A stretch of 64,000 bases of DNA from an uncultured Chthonomonadaceae bacterium (GTDB lineage Bacteria > Armatimonadota > Chthonomonadetes > Chthonomonadales > Chthonomonadaceae): NCBI GenBank assembly GCA_963835065.1, contig CAWIEK010000041.1, positions 64,001 through 128,000 on the forward strand. Direction: 5' to 3'. The translations under genes were made by a program, and so were the position numbers. Of this stretch, positions 9,903 through 18,979 are shown piece after piece. Every line of letters starts with the position of its first letter. The stretch's first letter is position 1. A model generated the notes under the pieces. It made no database searches, was not told the DNA's origin, and saw nothing but the letters and a program-made list of their open reading frames with translations.

Positions 9903-10535
9903 ATGCCTCAAAAAAGATCAACCTACCATCACGGCGACCTGCGCGCGGCCCTGATTCAAGCGGCGGATGCCATCATCGCCGAAGAGGGCATTGAAGCCTT
10001 TTCGCTTCGCGCCGCCGCGCAGCGCGCGGGCGTGTCTCCGGGCGCTCCGGCGCATCACTTCGGGAGCGCGAAAGGACTCCTCACCGAAGTGGCTCTTTTA
10101 GCGTTTGAACGGGTTGGTCAGTACATCGAGGAAGCGGGACATTCGGACGATGTCGTTGCGGACGCGCGCGCCCTGAGTCTCGCGTTTGTTACCTTTGCTG
10201 TTGACCACCCCGGTCACTTTCGTCTGATGTTTCGCAATGATCTCGTGAACCGAAATGATCCCCGCTATCCCGAAGTCAGCATCAAGCCCGGAATGCGGCT
10301 CAGTCTTGCGATTGCCGCCTATCACGGCAAATCCACTGTAGACCTGAATCGGTTCGAGGATGCTGCCGACACCTTCTGCGCTTTGTCTACGCTGCATGGC
10401 CTCGCGCATCTGGTTCTCGCGGAAAAGACGGCTCCTTTCTTTGAGAACGTTACTTCCCGTGACTTCGTGAATAAGGACCTGCCCAAAGTGCTTGAGCGGA
10501 TGTACCCGTACAAAGATCGGATGCCTGCAGCCTAG
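9903..10535 (+). CDS. TetR/AcrR family regulator (WHG-like C-terminus)
   Basis: YHHGDLRAALI...FSLRAAAQRAGVSPGAPAHHF HTH; STLHGLA. Confidence 0.9.
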   Translation: MPQKRSTYHHGDLRAALIQAADAIIAEEGIEAFSLRAAAQRAGVSPGAPAHHFGSAKGLLTEVALLAFERVGQYIEEAGHSDDVVADARALSLAFVTFAVDHPGHFRLMFRNDLVNRNDPRYPEVSIKPGMRLSLAIAAYHGKSTVDLNRFEDAADTFCALSTLHGLAHLVLAEKTAPFFENVTSRDFVNKDLPKVLERMYPYKDRMPAA

Positions 10536-10657
10536 GCGCGCTGGCATGTATTGCCAGCGAAAAGAGGCGGTGAGCGGAAGCGCGCCACATGAAGTTCATT
10601 TTTTCTGTATAATTTAGGGGAGGCTCCACACAGCGCTTCTTTATAAGGACAAACCGA

Positions 10658-11047
10658 ATGACGACTGACCAGGAACTGTTGACAACCGCTTACCGCGCGT
10701 TCAACGCCCGCGACCTCGAAACTGCCTTAGCAACCATGCACCCCCAAGTCGAATGGCCCAACACGATGGAAGGCGGATACGTTCAAGGGCATAGCGGGGT
10801 ACGCGCCTACTGGACTAAGCAGTGGAACCTGGTGGATCCCCATGTCGAACCTCTTCGGTTTGCAATGGACGCGAACGGGCGCATTGTGATTGACGTGCAT
10901 CAAGTGGTGCATGACCTACAAGGTCATCCGCTTGAAGACCTGATGGTTCAGCACATCTATCGAATAGAAGAGGGTTTGATCCGCCGCATGGAAATGGGAG
11001 AAGACAGACGCATGGCAATCGGTGGCGACGGAGTGAAGTCTGAATGA
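10658..11047 (+). CDS. SnoaL/NTF2-like protein
   Basis: AYRAFNARD...VEWPN...GVRAYW...IRRM pattern; AAGGA RBS. Confidence 0.85.
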   Translation: MTTDQELLTTAYRAFNARDLETALATMHPQVEWPNTMEGGYVQGHSGVRAYWTKQWNLVDPHVEPLRFAMDANGRIVIDVHQVVHDLQGHPLEDLMVQHIYRIEEGLIRRMEMGEDRRMAIGGDGVKSE

Positions 11048-11065
11048 GTGAAAAGAGCAACGCTA

Positions 11066-11097
11066 CGCCCCGGATCAGCAGCGATTCGGGGCGCTTT
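11066..11097. terminator. Stem-loop between convergent genes
   Basis: cgccccggatc / gattcggggcg stem followed by ctttc. Confidence 0.5.
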
Positions 11098-11141
11098 CGC
11101 GTTAAGAAAGTCGTTCGTAACTCCAGGGTAACTTTAGGTTC

Positions 11142-14123
11142 TCAGCGCCAGTCTCCCATGAGCGTGAAGGGCGCCCAGTAGTAGGGGTGTCCATGCTTTG
11201 TGTCATGGAGCAGGGAAAGTTCCGCTGCGCGCAGGGCGGCGGCTTTGCCCTGCGCAAGGCTGGCGTAGAACGCGCCCATCAGCGTTGCCGTTGATTCGTC
11301 ATCTACCGACCACTGGCTGAGAACCTGTGTCGGCGCTCCGGCCACAAACAGCGCCCATGTCAGCCCGATAATGCCCTCCCCGCTCCGCTTATCGCCCCGC
11401 GCCGTATTGCAGGCCGACAACACCACCATGTCCGCTTGCAGGTTCATGTCGAACAACTCGCGCGCCGTCAAATAGCCGTCTTCTTTGCTGTCGGGCGCGG
11501 GCTTGGCAAGCACCACGCTCGACAGCAGGGGCGAAGCGTCGTTGAAAAACGCATGGGAAGCGAGATGCAGGTAGCGATACTGTCCCGCTTTCTGCTTAAC
11601 AATGGATTCCTGCGCGTCCGCGCCCGTGTAAATCGCCGCGTCCGGTATCTCTTTGCGCAGCATATCCATTTCGCGCTGCGTTCCCGGCAGGGTTGTGATA
11701 TGCCCGCCGCGTGGCAGCAGCAGGACGCGCGAGGGGGCATCAAGCGGGCGTGAAGGCGCATCCAATGGCCGCGAGGGCGCGTCAAGAGGACGAGTAGGCT
11801 CTTTGACAGGACGCGAGGGCGCATCTAAGGGACGCTGGCCGGGGATGTCCTTGTTGTCGCCGAACCGCTCCGCGCCGCCGAAATCGGGATTTCCCAATGC
11901 CAGCAGCGTGTTGGGCGCTTTCCTGCCCTGCCGATCCTGAAGCGCGGCCTGTACGCCCGTCGCGCTGTAGGCGTAAGCGATTTCATACCGTTCCAGCAGG
12001 AATTGCTTGCCGTCGTGCAGGGCGGCAAAGGGCAGGCTCCACAACGGTCCGTCCGGGCAGACGACCAGACGCTTGATGCCCCCTAGCGCGGGCGCGGCGG
12101 GGCGCAGCAGCAGGTCATAAAGTTTTTGCGCGTTCCCCTGATACGCTTTGCGCGGGTCGGCGCATAAATCGCGGAACGCTTCCACCTGCGCAGACAACGC
12201 GGCGCGGGTCACATCAACCGGGAAAACGCTCAGTTTGGCCGCGCCATTTTGCTTTGTCACCACGAACAGCAGCGTGTGGTCGGCCCCGCTCATGTCGGGG
12301 TACTCTTTGGCGTACAGGGTGGCGAACTCCAGCAGAGCCGTATCGTCAGGAAGAAAGCGCGCGACCTCCTGCAGCGTCACGGTCGTTGCGGCGCGTTTGG
12401 CGGCAAGTTCGGGGTGCTGCGCGTACAGGCTGTCCTCGTAGGCTTGCAGATCGTGTTCCGTTCGCGTGAGTTGCTCCTTCAGCGCGGCGAACCGCTTTTT
12501 CGCCCCGACCTCGTTGTTGACGCCTTCGCGCACCATGTCCGCGTTCAGCTTGTCCGCCGATTGGCGCAGTTCCTGTTCGCGTTGCGCCTGCTCTGCCGTC
12601 AGGCTCTGGCGGATGTCAACTTTGCCCCCGGCCATCAAGTCCAATAGCGCCCGCGCCTTGATTTTCTGCACTGTATCAAACGCCTGCTCCGGCTGCTTCG
12701 ACTTTATCAGCAGCGCGATGCTGCGATGCAGGCCATACAAAATCCGTTCGACAAAACTGACCTTCAAATCGCTGAAACCGCCCACGGACGCGCGTACCCG
12801 GTCGGCTTTCAGCACGGCCTGATCCAGATGGGTTCGCGCCTGCGCCAGTTGGCCGTTTTCTTCTTCGGCAACCGCGATATTATACAGCGTGCCCGCTTCT
12901 TCAAGGGCGTTGCCGGCAACGCCGGGGCTTGTCAGGGCGCGATTCAAAACCGTCAGCGCCTGCTGAAAGTATTGCCGGGCGCGGGTTTTTTGCCCGAGCG
13001 CCAGATACACTTCCGCCTGATAATTCAGGGTGGCTCCTTCCCATTCCCAATTGTCAAGCGAATGATACAGGCGCGCGGCCTCCTCATAGCGCGGCAGGGA
13101 TTTGGCCGGCTGATTCAGCGAGCGATACGCGCCACCAATGGTTACGAGGCAGGCAGCCAATCCGCTGGTGTTGGCGCTTTGGCGCAGGAGCGGCAGCGCC
13201 TGGTTAAGGTATGTCAGGGCTGTCTGCGACTGCCCCTGTTCCTGGTAGATCACTCCCAGCACCATCTGCATGGTGAGCATGAGGTCGCGGCGCCCCAACG
13301 CGCGCCACACGTCTGTGGCTTGTTTGGCAAAATCACGGCTTTGCGCGTATTGGCCCATGTTCGCGTACACGCAAGTGAGCGCCGTGAGCGCCAGGCCTTC
13401 CCCATTGCGGTCTGTCACGCCAGCGCGCGCCTGCAAGGTCCTCTGGCTGTACTGCATGGACTTCAAGTAATCGCCTGCTTCCAGGCAGGCGTACGCAAGC
13501 GTTCCCACCATAAGGGAGCGTTGATCTTTGCTGCCGCCCTGCTCCATATAGGGTAAGGCAAGTTCAAAAGATTCTACAGCCTTCGCCCATTGTTCGCGCC
13601 CCATGTAGATACCGCCTGCCATAAACAGCGCTTCCATCTTGAGCGTGGCGAAGGCAGGATCGTCACCCACCGCAACGGCCTGCTGCACATAATTCAGCGC
13701 TTTATCCTGCTGGTTCAATGCCTTGCAGTCTTCCGCCAAAATCGTCAGTATGGCGACCTGCATTTTTGTGATATGGCGCTGCTGGAAAAACGGCAAAGCT
13801 CTTTGCAGTTGACGTATGCCGGTGTCAAATTGAAGCCCTGCAGAATTTTGTACTCCCAGATATAAAAGCGCGTAAGCGGTTCCGGCGGTATCGTTTTGCG
13901 CCTGCGCTTTTTGCAGCGCGGATTCCAAAAGCCGAAGTTTCTCGACGAAATTATTTGCCTTGCCCGCCTGCTGCGCTTTGGTAATCAGGGTGGCGACTTC
14001 CGCCGTCGGCTCCGACGAGTCCGTTTGCGCGCGAACTCTGCCCGGAACAAGGCTGACCATCAACAGCAGAAGCAACAGCAAAGCCATCAGGCGGCGGGAA
14101 CAGCAAATTAGCGAACGGAACAT
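11142..14123 (-). CDS. Exported TPR + CHAT (caspase-like) protease
   Basis: Signal peptide, about 9 TPRs, CHAT motifs PDGPLWSLPFAAL, HLASHA (His), VLSACNT (Cys), HPYYWAPF. Confidence 0.92.
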   Translation of the reverse strand: MFRSLICCSRRLMALLLLLLLMVSLVPGRVRAQTDSSEPTAEVATLITKAQQAGKANNFVEKLRLLESALQKAQAQNDTAGTAYALLYLGVQNSAGLQFDTGIRQLQRALPFFQQRHITKMQVAILTILAEDCKALNQQDKALNYVQQAVAVGDDPAFATLKMEALFMAGGIYMGREQWAKAVESFELALPYMEQGGSKDQRSLMVGTLAYACLEAGDYLKSMQYSQRTLQARAGVTDRNGEGLALTALTCVYANMGQYAQSRDFAKQATDVWRALGRRDLMLTMQMVLGVIYQEQGQSQTALTYLNQALPLLRQSANTSGLAACLVTIGGAYRSLNQPAKSLPRYEEAARLYHSLDNWEWEGATLNYQAEVYLALGQKTRARQYFQQALTVLNRALTSPGVAGNALEEAGTLYNIAVAEEENGQLAQARTHLDQAVLKADRVRASVGGFSDLKVSFVERILYGLHRSIALLIKSKQPEQAFDTVQKIKARALLDLMAGGKVDIRQSLTAEQAQREQELRQSADKLNADMVREGVNNEVGAKKRFAALKEQLTRTEHDLQAYEDSLYAQHPELAAKRAATTVTLQEVARFLPDDTALLEFATLYAKEYPDMSGADHTLLFVVTKQNGAAKLSVFPVDVTRAALSAQVEAFRDLCADPRKAYQGNAQKLYDLLLRPAAPALGGIKRLVVCPDGPLWSLPFAALHDGKQFLLERYEIAYAYSATGVQAALQDRQGRKAPNTLLALGNPDFGGAERFGDNKDIPGQRPLDAPSRPVKEPTRPLDAPSRPLDAPSRPLDAPSRVLLLPRGGHITTLPGTQREMDMLRKEIPDAAIYTGADAQESIVKQKAGQYRYLHLASHAFFNDASPLLSSVVLAKPAPDSKEDGYLTARELFDMNLQADMVVLSACNTARGDKRSGEGIIGLTWALFVAGAPTQVLSQWSVDDESTATLMGAFYASLAQGKAAALRAAELSLLHDTKHGHPYYWAPFTLMGDWR
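11727..11834 (-). repeat. Peptide heptad repeat RPLDAPS x4 + RPVKEPT inside the CHAT domain
   Basis: Identical peptide units encoded by different synonymous codons. Confidence 0.9.
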
Positions 14124-14347
14124 GAGATGTTCTCCCTGACAAATTTAAGAGGGATGTGCCGGCAGGCGCGCTGTGTCAGGCTTCCTGTTGCGCCGTCCGG
14201 GTCTCCTGCTGTATGAAACGAAGATTGAACGCGGAAAGTTCGGCGGAGTACCTCGCCGGCACTGACGGTCTTTCGCTCCTTCCGTTTGAAGAAAGCGCGA
14301 TAGGGTACAATACAGCAAGCACTATTCAGCATGAGGAGCGGCGGCGC

Positions 14348-17038
14348 GTGGAACTTCCGACGGGCATTCTGACCCTGGTTTTTACCGACATACAGGACTC
14401 TTCCGAGTATTCGGAACGGTATCGCGCCGCCTTTGAGCCGCTGCGCGCCGCTCACTTCCGCCTGCTGCGCGAAACCCTGCCCCACTGGAACGGGCAGGAA
14501 GTCAGCACGGCGGGCGACGCGCTGTTTCTGGTTTTCGTCAACGCGGCGGAAGCTGTGCAGTGGGCTGTGGAAGCGCAGCGCCGGCTTGCGGCCTACGATT
14601 GGCCGGTTCTGTCCGCCCCGGAAGGCGCAGGCGATCCGCCCGCGAAAGTGGAAGTGCGCGTTCGTATCGGTATGCATACGGGCGAACCGTTTCTCAGCCT
14701 GGACGCGGCCCGTCCCGATTATTTCGGCCCCGCCGTCAACCGGGCTGCCCGCGTTTCTTCCGCTGCGCACGGCGGACAGATACTGCTGTCCAGCGCCACG
14801 TATGCGCTTGTGCAGTTTGACCTTCCCGCCGAAATCGCCTTTCACGACTGCGGCCTGCACCGCTTGAAAGGCGTCGGCGAAGACCAGTTGTGGCAGCTTC
14901 AGGCCCCGGATTTGCTGCAAGAATTTCCGCCGCTGAAAACCCTCGACCCCGAACGCCATAACCTGCCCGTTCCGCCAACGCCCTATCTTGGCCGCGAACA
15001 CGACATTCGCGCCTGGCTGGAAAAACTGCGGCAGCCCGCCACGCGCCTGCTTACCTTAACCGGTTTCGGCGGATTGGGCAAAACGCGCTCGGCGCTGTAT
15101 CTGGCGGAACTCAGTTTGGAAGACTACAAGGACGGGGTGTGGTGGGTCGAAGCCGAAGAAGCGCGAACCGGGGACGAGATGCTGCAGCGGATCGCGGGCG
15201 CGCTGCATCTGCCGCCCCAATCGCAAATGCCTGCCCGCGAACAGGTAAGCCGCTTTTTGCGCGAGCGCAATCTGCTGCTCGTCCTTGACAATACCGAGCA
15301 GGTGGCGGACGCGGGGCGCTTTGTCAAGGAACTGCTGACGCAGGCTCCCAAAGTAAAGTTCATGGTCACGTCGCGGTGCGCCCTTGAAATTCAGGCCGAG
15401 CGCGTGGTCGAAGTGTGTCCTTTGCCCCTTGCCGAAGCCATTCCGCTGTTCGTGAACCGTATCCGCGACCGGCAGCCCGCGTTTGAATTGTCCGAGGAAA
15501 ACCGCGACGACGTGGCGGAACTGTGCCGCCGGCTGGACGGCGTTCCGCTCGCGCTGGAACTCGCGGCTTCCCGTATTGCGATGATGTCCCCGCGCCAGAT
15601 GCTCGCGCGCCTGAACGAGCGGTTCAAGCTGCTGCAAACCCGCGCCCCCGACCTGCCGGAGCGCCAGCGCGCCCTGCGCGCCACCATTGACTGGTCTTAT
15701 GATCTGCTGACCGACGAGGACAAACAGCTTTTCGCCCAAACTTCCGTGTTTGCGGGCGGCTTCGCGCTGGAAGACGCGGAAGCCGTGTGCGAAGCGTTCG
15801 ACGTTTTGGAAGGCATTGCGGAACTGCGGCATCATTCGCTGCTGCAAAGCGAAACCGAAACGGGGGCGCAGCAAACGCGCTTTGTGATGCTGAACTTGCT
15901 GCGGGAATACGCGCAGGAAAGACTGGCAATGACCGGGGAAGGCGGCGCGATTCGCCTGCGCCACGCCCGCTACTTTCTGGAATATGCCCGTCAGCGCCTG
16001 GCGCAGATGCGTACCCCGACTGAAGCGAACGCGCTGCGCGAATTGAAAATCAACGCCGACAACCTGCGCGCCGCGATGGAAGGGGCGCAAACCGAAAACG
16101 ACCTGGAACTGTTCGCGGAGTTGGCGTTGATGCGCGGCAGGGCTTTGTGGCGGCGCGGCTTTTCCAATGACGCCATTCAGCCCATTGAAGCGGCAATCGA
16201 GGCGCTGCAAACAGGCAGCCTGCCAACTGCCACCCTCCTGCCGCAACTGTTGTGGGAGCGCGCCGGGTTGTACCTGGACCATCTGGAAACCACGCCGGCA
16301 AAAACGCTGGCAAAACAAGCGCTGGAGGCTTTTGTCCGCGCCAATGACCGCGTGGGCGCTGCGCGCGCAAAGGCTCTGCTTGGCAGCATCGCGCGCGAAT
16401 CGCGGGAGTATGCTGAAGCGCGAGCGTATTTCGCATCCGCTCTGGACTTGCTTCATTCCCCGCAGGAAGACACGGAAATCGGCAACATTTACAATACTTT
16501 CGGCGTGTTGGAGCGCCGGGACCCACAGGGCAATGGGGAGGAAGCGCAGAAACATCTTCAGGCAGCCATGCAAATCCGGCGTCGGCAGGGGGATCGGCGC
16601 GGCCTGGCGGAAACTCTGAATAACCTGGGCGTTCTCGCGTATGAACAGCAAAACTGGCCGCAAGCCTGGGACAATTACGCGGAAGCGCTGAAGCACGAGC
16701 AGGAGATTGGAAACATGCAGGGCATCGCGCGCACCCTGTTCAATCTGGCGGAAGTGGCGGAGGAGCGCGCGGAGACGGAACGCGCGCTGCGCCTTGCGGC
16801 GGGAGCGGAAACGCTGATGGAGCGGGTCAAGTCGCCCATAGCCCGCGTGGCGACGGAAAAGTTCAACGCCATTGCCGCTTCGATAGACGCTTCCATTACG
16901 CCTTCCCTGAGCAAAGTGGAAGACTTGAACGCGTTGCGGCGGGCCGCTTCCGACCACACGCTTGAAACCCTGATTCCCTGGGCGATGATGGAGCCAAGCC
17001 TCAAAAGCGCAGCCCGAAGCGGCCATGAAGCAGATTGA
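14348..17038 (+). CDS. Class III adenylate/guanylate cyclase-like + STAND (NB-ARC-like) ATPase + TPR protein
   Basis: FTDIQDSS, GDA, RIGMHTGE, YFGPAVNRAARV; Walker A GFGGLGKT, Walker B LLVLDN, LDGVPLALELAA; C-terminal TPRs; GTG start after GAGGAG. Confidence 0.9.
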   Translation: MELPTGILTLVFTDIQDSSEYSERYRAAFEPLRAAHFRLLRETLPHWNGQEVSTAGDALFLVFVNAAEAVQWAVEAQRRLAAYDWPVLSAPEGAGDPPAKVEVRVRIGMHTGEPFLSLDAARPDYFGPAVNRAARVSSAAHGGQILLSSATYALVQFDLPAEIAFHDCGLHRLKGVGEDQLWQLQAPDLLQEFPPLKTLDPERHNLPVPPTPYLGREHDIRAWLEKLRQPATRLLTLTGFGGLGKTRSALYLAELSLEDYKDGVWWVEAEEARTGDEMLQRIAGALHLPPQSQMPAREQVSRFLRERNLLLVLDNTEQVADAGRFVKELLTQAPKVKFMVTSRCALEIQAERVVEVCPLPLAEAIPLFVNRIRDRQPAFELSEENRDDVAELCRRLDGVPLALELAASRIAMMSPRQMLARLNERFKLLQTRAPDLPERQRALRATIDWSYDLLTDEDKQLFAQTSVFAGGFALEDAEAVCEAFDVLEGIAELRHHSLLQSETETGAQQTRFVMLNLLREYAQERLAMTGEGGAIRLRHARYFLEYARQRLAQMRTPTEANALRELKINADNLRAAMEGAQTENDLELFAELALMRGRALWRRGFSNDAIQPIEAAIEALQTGSLPTATLLPQLLWERAGLYLDHLETTPAKTLAKQALEAFVRANDRVGAARAKALLGSIARESREYAEARAYFASALDLLHSPQEDTEIGNIYNTFGVLERRDPQGNGEEAQKHLQAAMQIRRRQGDRRGLAETLNNLGVLAYEQQNWPQAWDNYAEALKHEQEIGNMQGIARTLFNLAEVAEERAETERALRLAAGAETLMERVKSPIARVATEKFNAIAASIDASITPSLSKVEDLNALRRAASDHTLETLIPWAMMEPSLKSAARSGHEAD

Positions 17039-17259
17039 CGGCAGTACATCACTCAATCAGGAGCCGCCCTGATTGTGGAAACATCGTGGAGGAAAGTTCA
17101 CCGGCAGGCCCTCGTGTTTCTTTATTGATGTCGTGTTCCTTTTCAATCAAAGGTAATCGCGTCAAAAATAACGCGGCGAATGGTTTTGTCGGGCAGGCAG
17201 GAATCGGGCGCGCGCATGGCGAATGTTGAATTACGAATTCATACAGGAGCGAGCCGGCA

Positions 17260-18354
17260 ATGCGCTATGTTCTGGGAATCGAAGGGGGGCAGGCAACGAC
17301 AACAGCCGTTATCACAGACGAAACGGGCTGTGTCCTCGGCATCGGTCAGGGAAGTTCGATGCGCCCCGGACTGGAAACAGGGGATGGCGCGCGGGCGCAG
17401 AAAGCCCTGGGTGACGCGGTTCAGGCCGCAATTCGCATGGCCGATCTGGAAAACGCGCGCATTGCCGCCGCCTGCATCCACGCTGCCGCCCCTGCTTTTG
17501 CTTACAATCCTGTTCCAAACAGCTTCGGGCGTCCAAACGCGGCAGATACCGACTCAGCGCCAAACCAACTGCGGCAAAATAACGCGCGGCGCGTCAAGGT
17601 GCTGGAACCCGATTTATTGCAAGCGGCCTGCGAAAACGTTCTGCCCGACTCGCGCCTGCTTTTTGAAACCGGGCCGCGCGTTGCCCTGTATGCCGTGACG
17701 TTTGGGCGTCCGGGTGTGGTGGTCTGCGCGGGCATCGGGGCAGTCGCGTATGGACGGAACGAACGCGGCGAACAGGCGCAAAGCGGCGGATGGGGGCGCG
17801 TGTTGGGCGATGAGGGGAGCGGCTACTGGATTGGCCGGGGGGCGCTTGCGGCCTGCTGCCGCGCTCAGGACGGCATCGAAGCGCCGACGCAGTTGGAACC
17901 CTTGCTGTTAAAGCATCTGGAAATGCCCGATTTGAACTGCGCGCGGGAAGCGATTGCCTGTAATGCCTTAACGCCCGCCGACATTGCCGCGCTGTCGGAA
18001 ATCGTCAGCCGCGCCGCCGCGCAGGGTGACAAGGCCGCGCGCCGCATTTTGCGCGAAGCGGGAAAAGAACTGGCATTGAGCGCGCAGGCCACCTTGCGCC
18101 GCCTGAACATGGAGCAGGAACCTGTTGTCGTGGGAACGATGGGCGGCGTGTTTCGGGCGGGGCGGGCGGTGCTGCGCGCGTTCCGCGAAACAGTCAAACA
18201 GGCCGCGCCCAACGCGACGATTGTGCCTGCCCGCGTCCCGCCCTGTGTGGGAGCCGCCCTGATCGCGCTGGAAGCCATTGACGTTCCCCTGCGCGAAGAA
18301 TTGTTTGCGAACCTGGAAACCCACCTGCCCCGTCTCGCCGCAGTAAAGGCTTGA
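17260..18354 (+). CDS. BadF/BadG/BcrA/BcrD family sugar kinase (GlcNAc-kinase-like)
   Basis: LGIEGGQATT and GGWGRVLGDEGSGYWIG motifs. Confidence 0.85.
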   Translation: MRYVLGIEGGQATTTAVITDETGCVLGIGQGSSMRPGLETGDGARAQKALGDAVQAAIRMADLENARIAAACIHAAAPAFAYNPVPNSFGRPNAADTDSAPNQLRQNNARRVKVLEPDLLQAACENVLPDSRLLFETGPRVALYAVTFGRPGVVVCAGIGAVAYGRNERGEQAQSGGWGRVLGDEGSGYWIGRGALAACCRAQDGIEAPTQLEPLLLKHLEMPDLNCAREAIACNALTPADIAALSEIVSRAAAQGDKAARRILREAGKELALSAQATLRRLNMEQEPVVVGTMGGVFRAGRAVLRAFRETVKQAAPNATIVPARVPPCVGAALIALEAIDVPLREELFANLETHLPRLAAVKA

Positions 18355-18808
18355 ACGCTGATAGATCTTAGAGCGCAAGGGTATTTTAGGTTCGTAAATC
18401 TATCCTTCCCGAATCGGTGGAAGCGTTGGACAAGCGGCAGGTAGAAAAAAGGTATGTAGAGTCATCGTCGAAATCTTGGCAATACAGCGCTTCCAGCCCG
18501 ATGTCTCATTGTGTCTGGTTGTAGGAGAGAGGCGTCGTGACCTCGCAAGCGTCAGGGCGAACGGGAGGGGTGAAACATGGCTCTGCACCTCCCTTCCTAT
18601 GGATAACGCCTTGTAGTAGACGTATGTACTGTATAGACGGCTGTGTGGTACCAAAGGTTCACTCTTTTCGCGTTGTTTGGCTCTTTTTTCTGTTTCTTTG
18701 TTTACGGGCTGATTGCTGTTGGCGTCGTGCAAGGCAGGCGAGAATCTAATCGGTTTTTCGGTGCGCTACAGCCCAAACTTTTTCGCGCCAACAATGAATT
18801 TCTTTGCT

Positions 18809-18833
18809 GTAGGGGCGCTTGCTTGCTGCGCCC
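18809..18833 (+). repeat. GTAG-type REP, single copy
   Basis: gtaggggcgcttgcttgctgcgccc matches the REP pair at 26021-26100. Confidence 0.75.
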
Positions 18834-18979
18834 GATTCGCCTGCGCGGGTACGAGTTGTCCGACAATGCTTGACGCGAAAACAGGTTGTCAGGCGTATAA
18901 TAGATTGTGCGCGAAATCACAAATTTTTAGATTTTCAGCTTTCAAGTTTCAAAAAGTAAGGGGCATGCCGGTTTAGCCT

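Noticed and set aside
7697..11047. Integron cassette array
   Set aside because: Gene types are cassette-like, but no convincing attC (RYYYAAC...GTTRRRY) sites, orientations are mixed and there is no integrase
14156..14347. N-terminal extensions in the ORF track (also recJ 28133, hpnJ 41550, gltX 52773, 47498/50933)
   Set aside because: They run through promoter or repeat DNA; internal starts match RBS and family N-termini better
18380..18590. Possible small minus-strand gene after a GGAGGT RBS
   Set aside because: The ATG frame stops after 8 codons; needs an indel and a stop read-through, and no family is recognised
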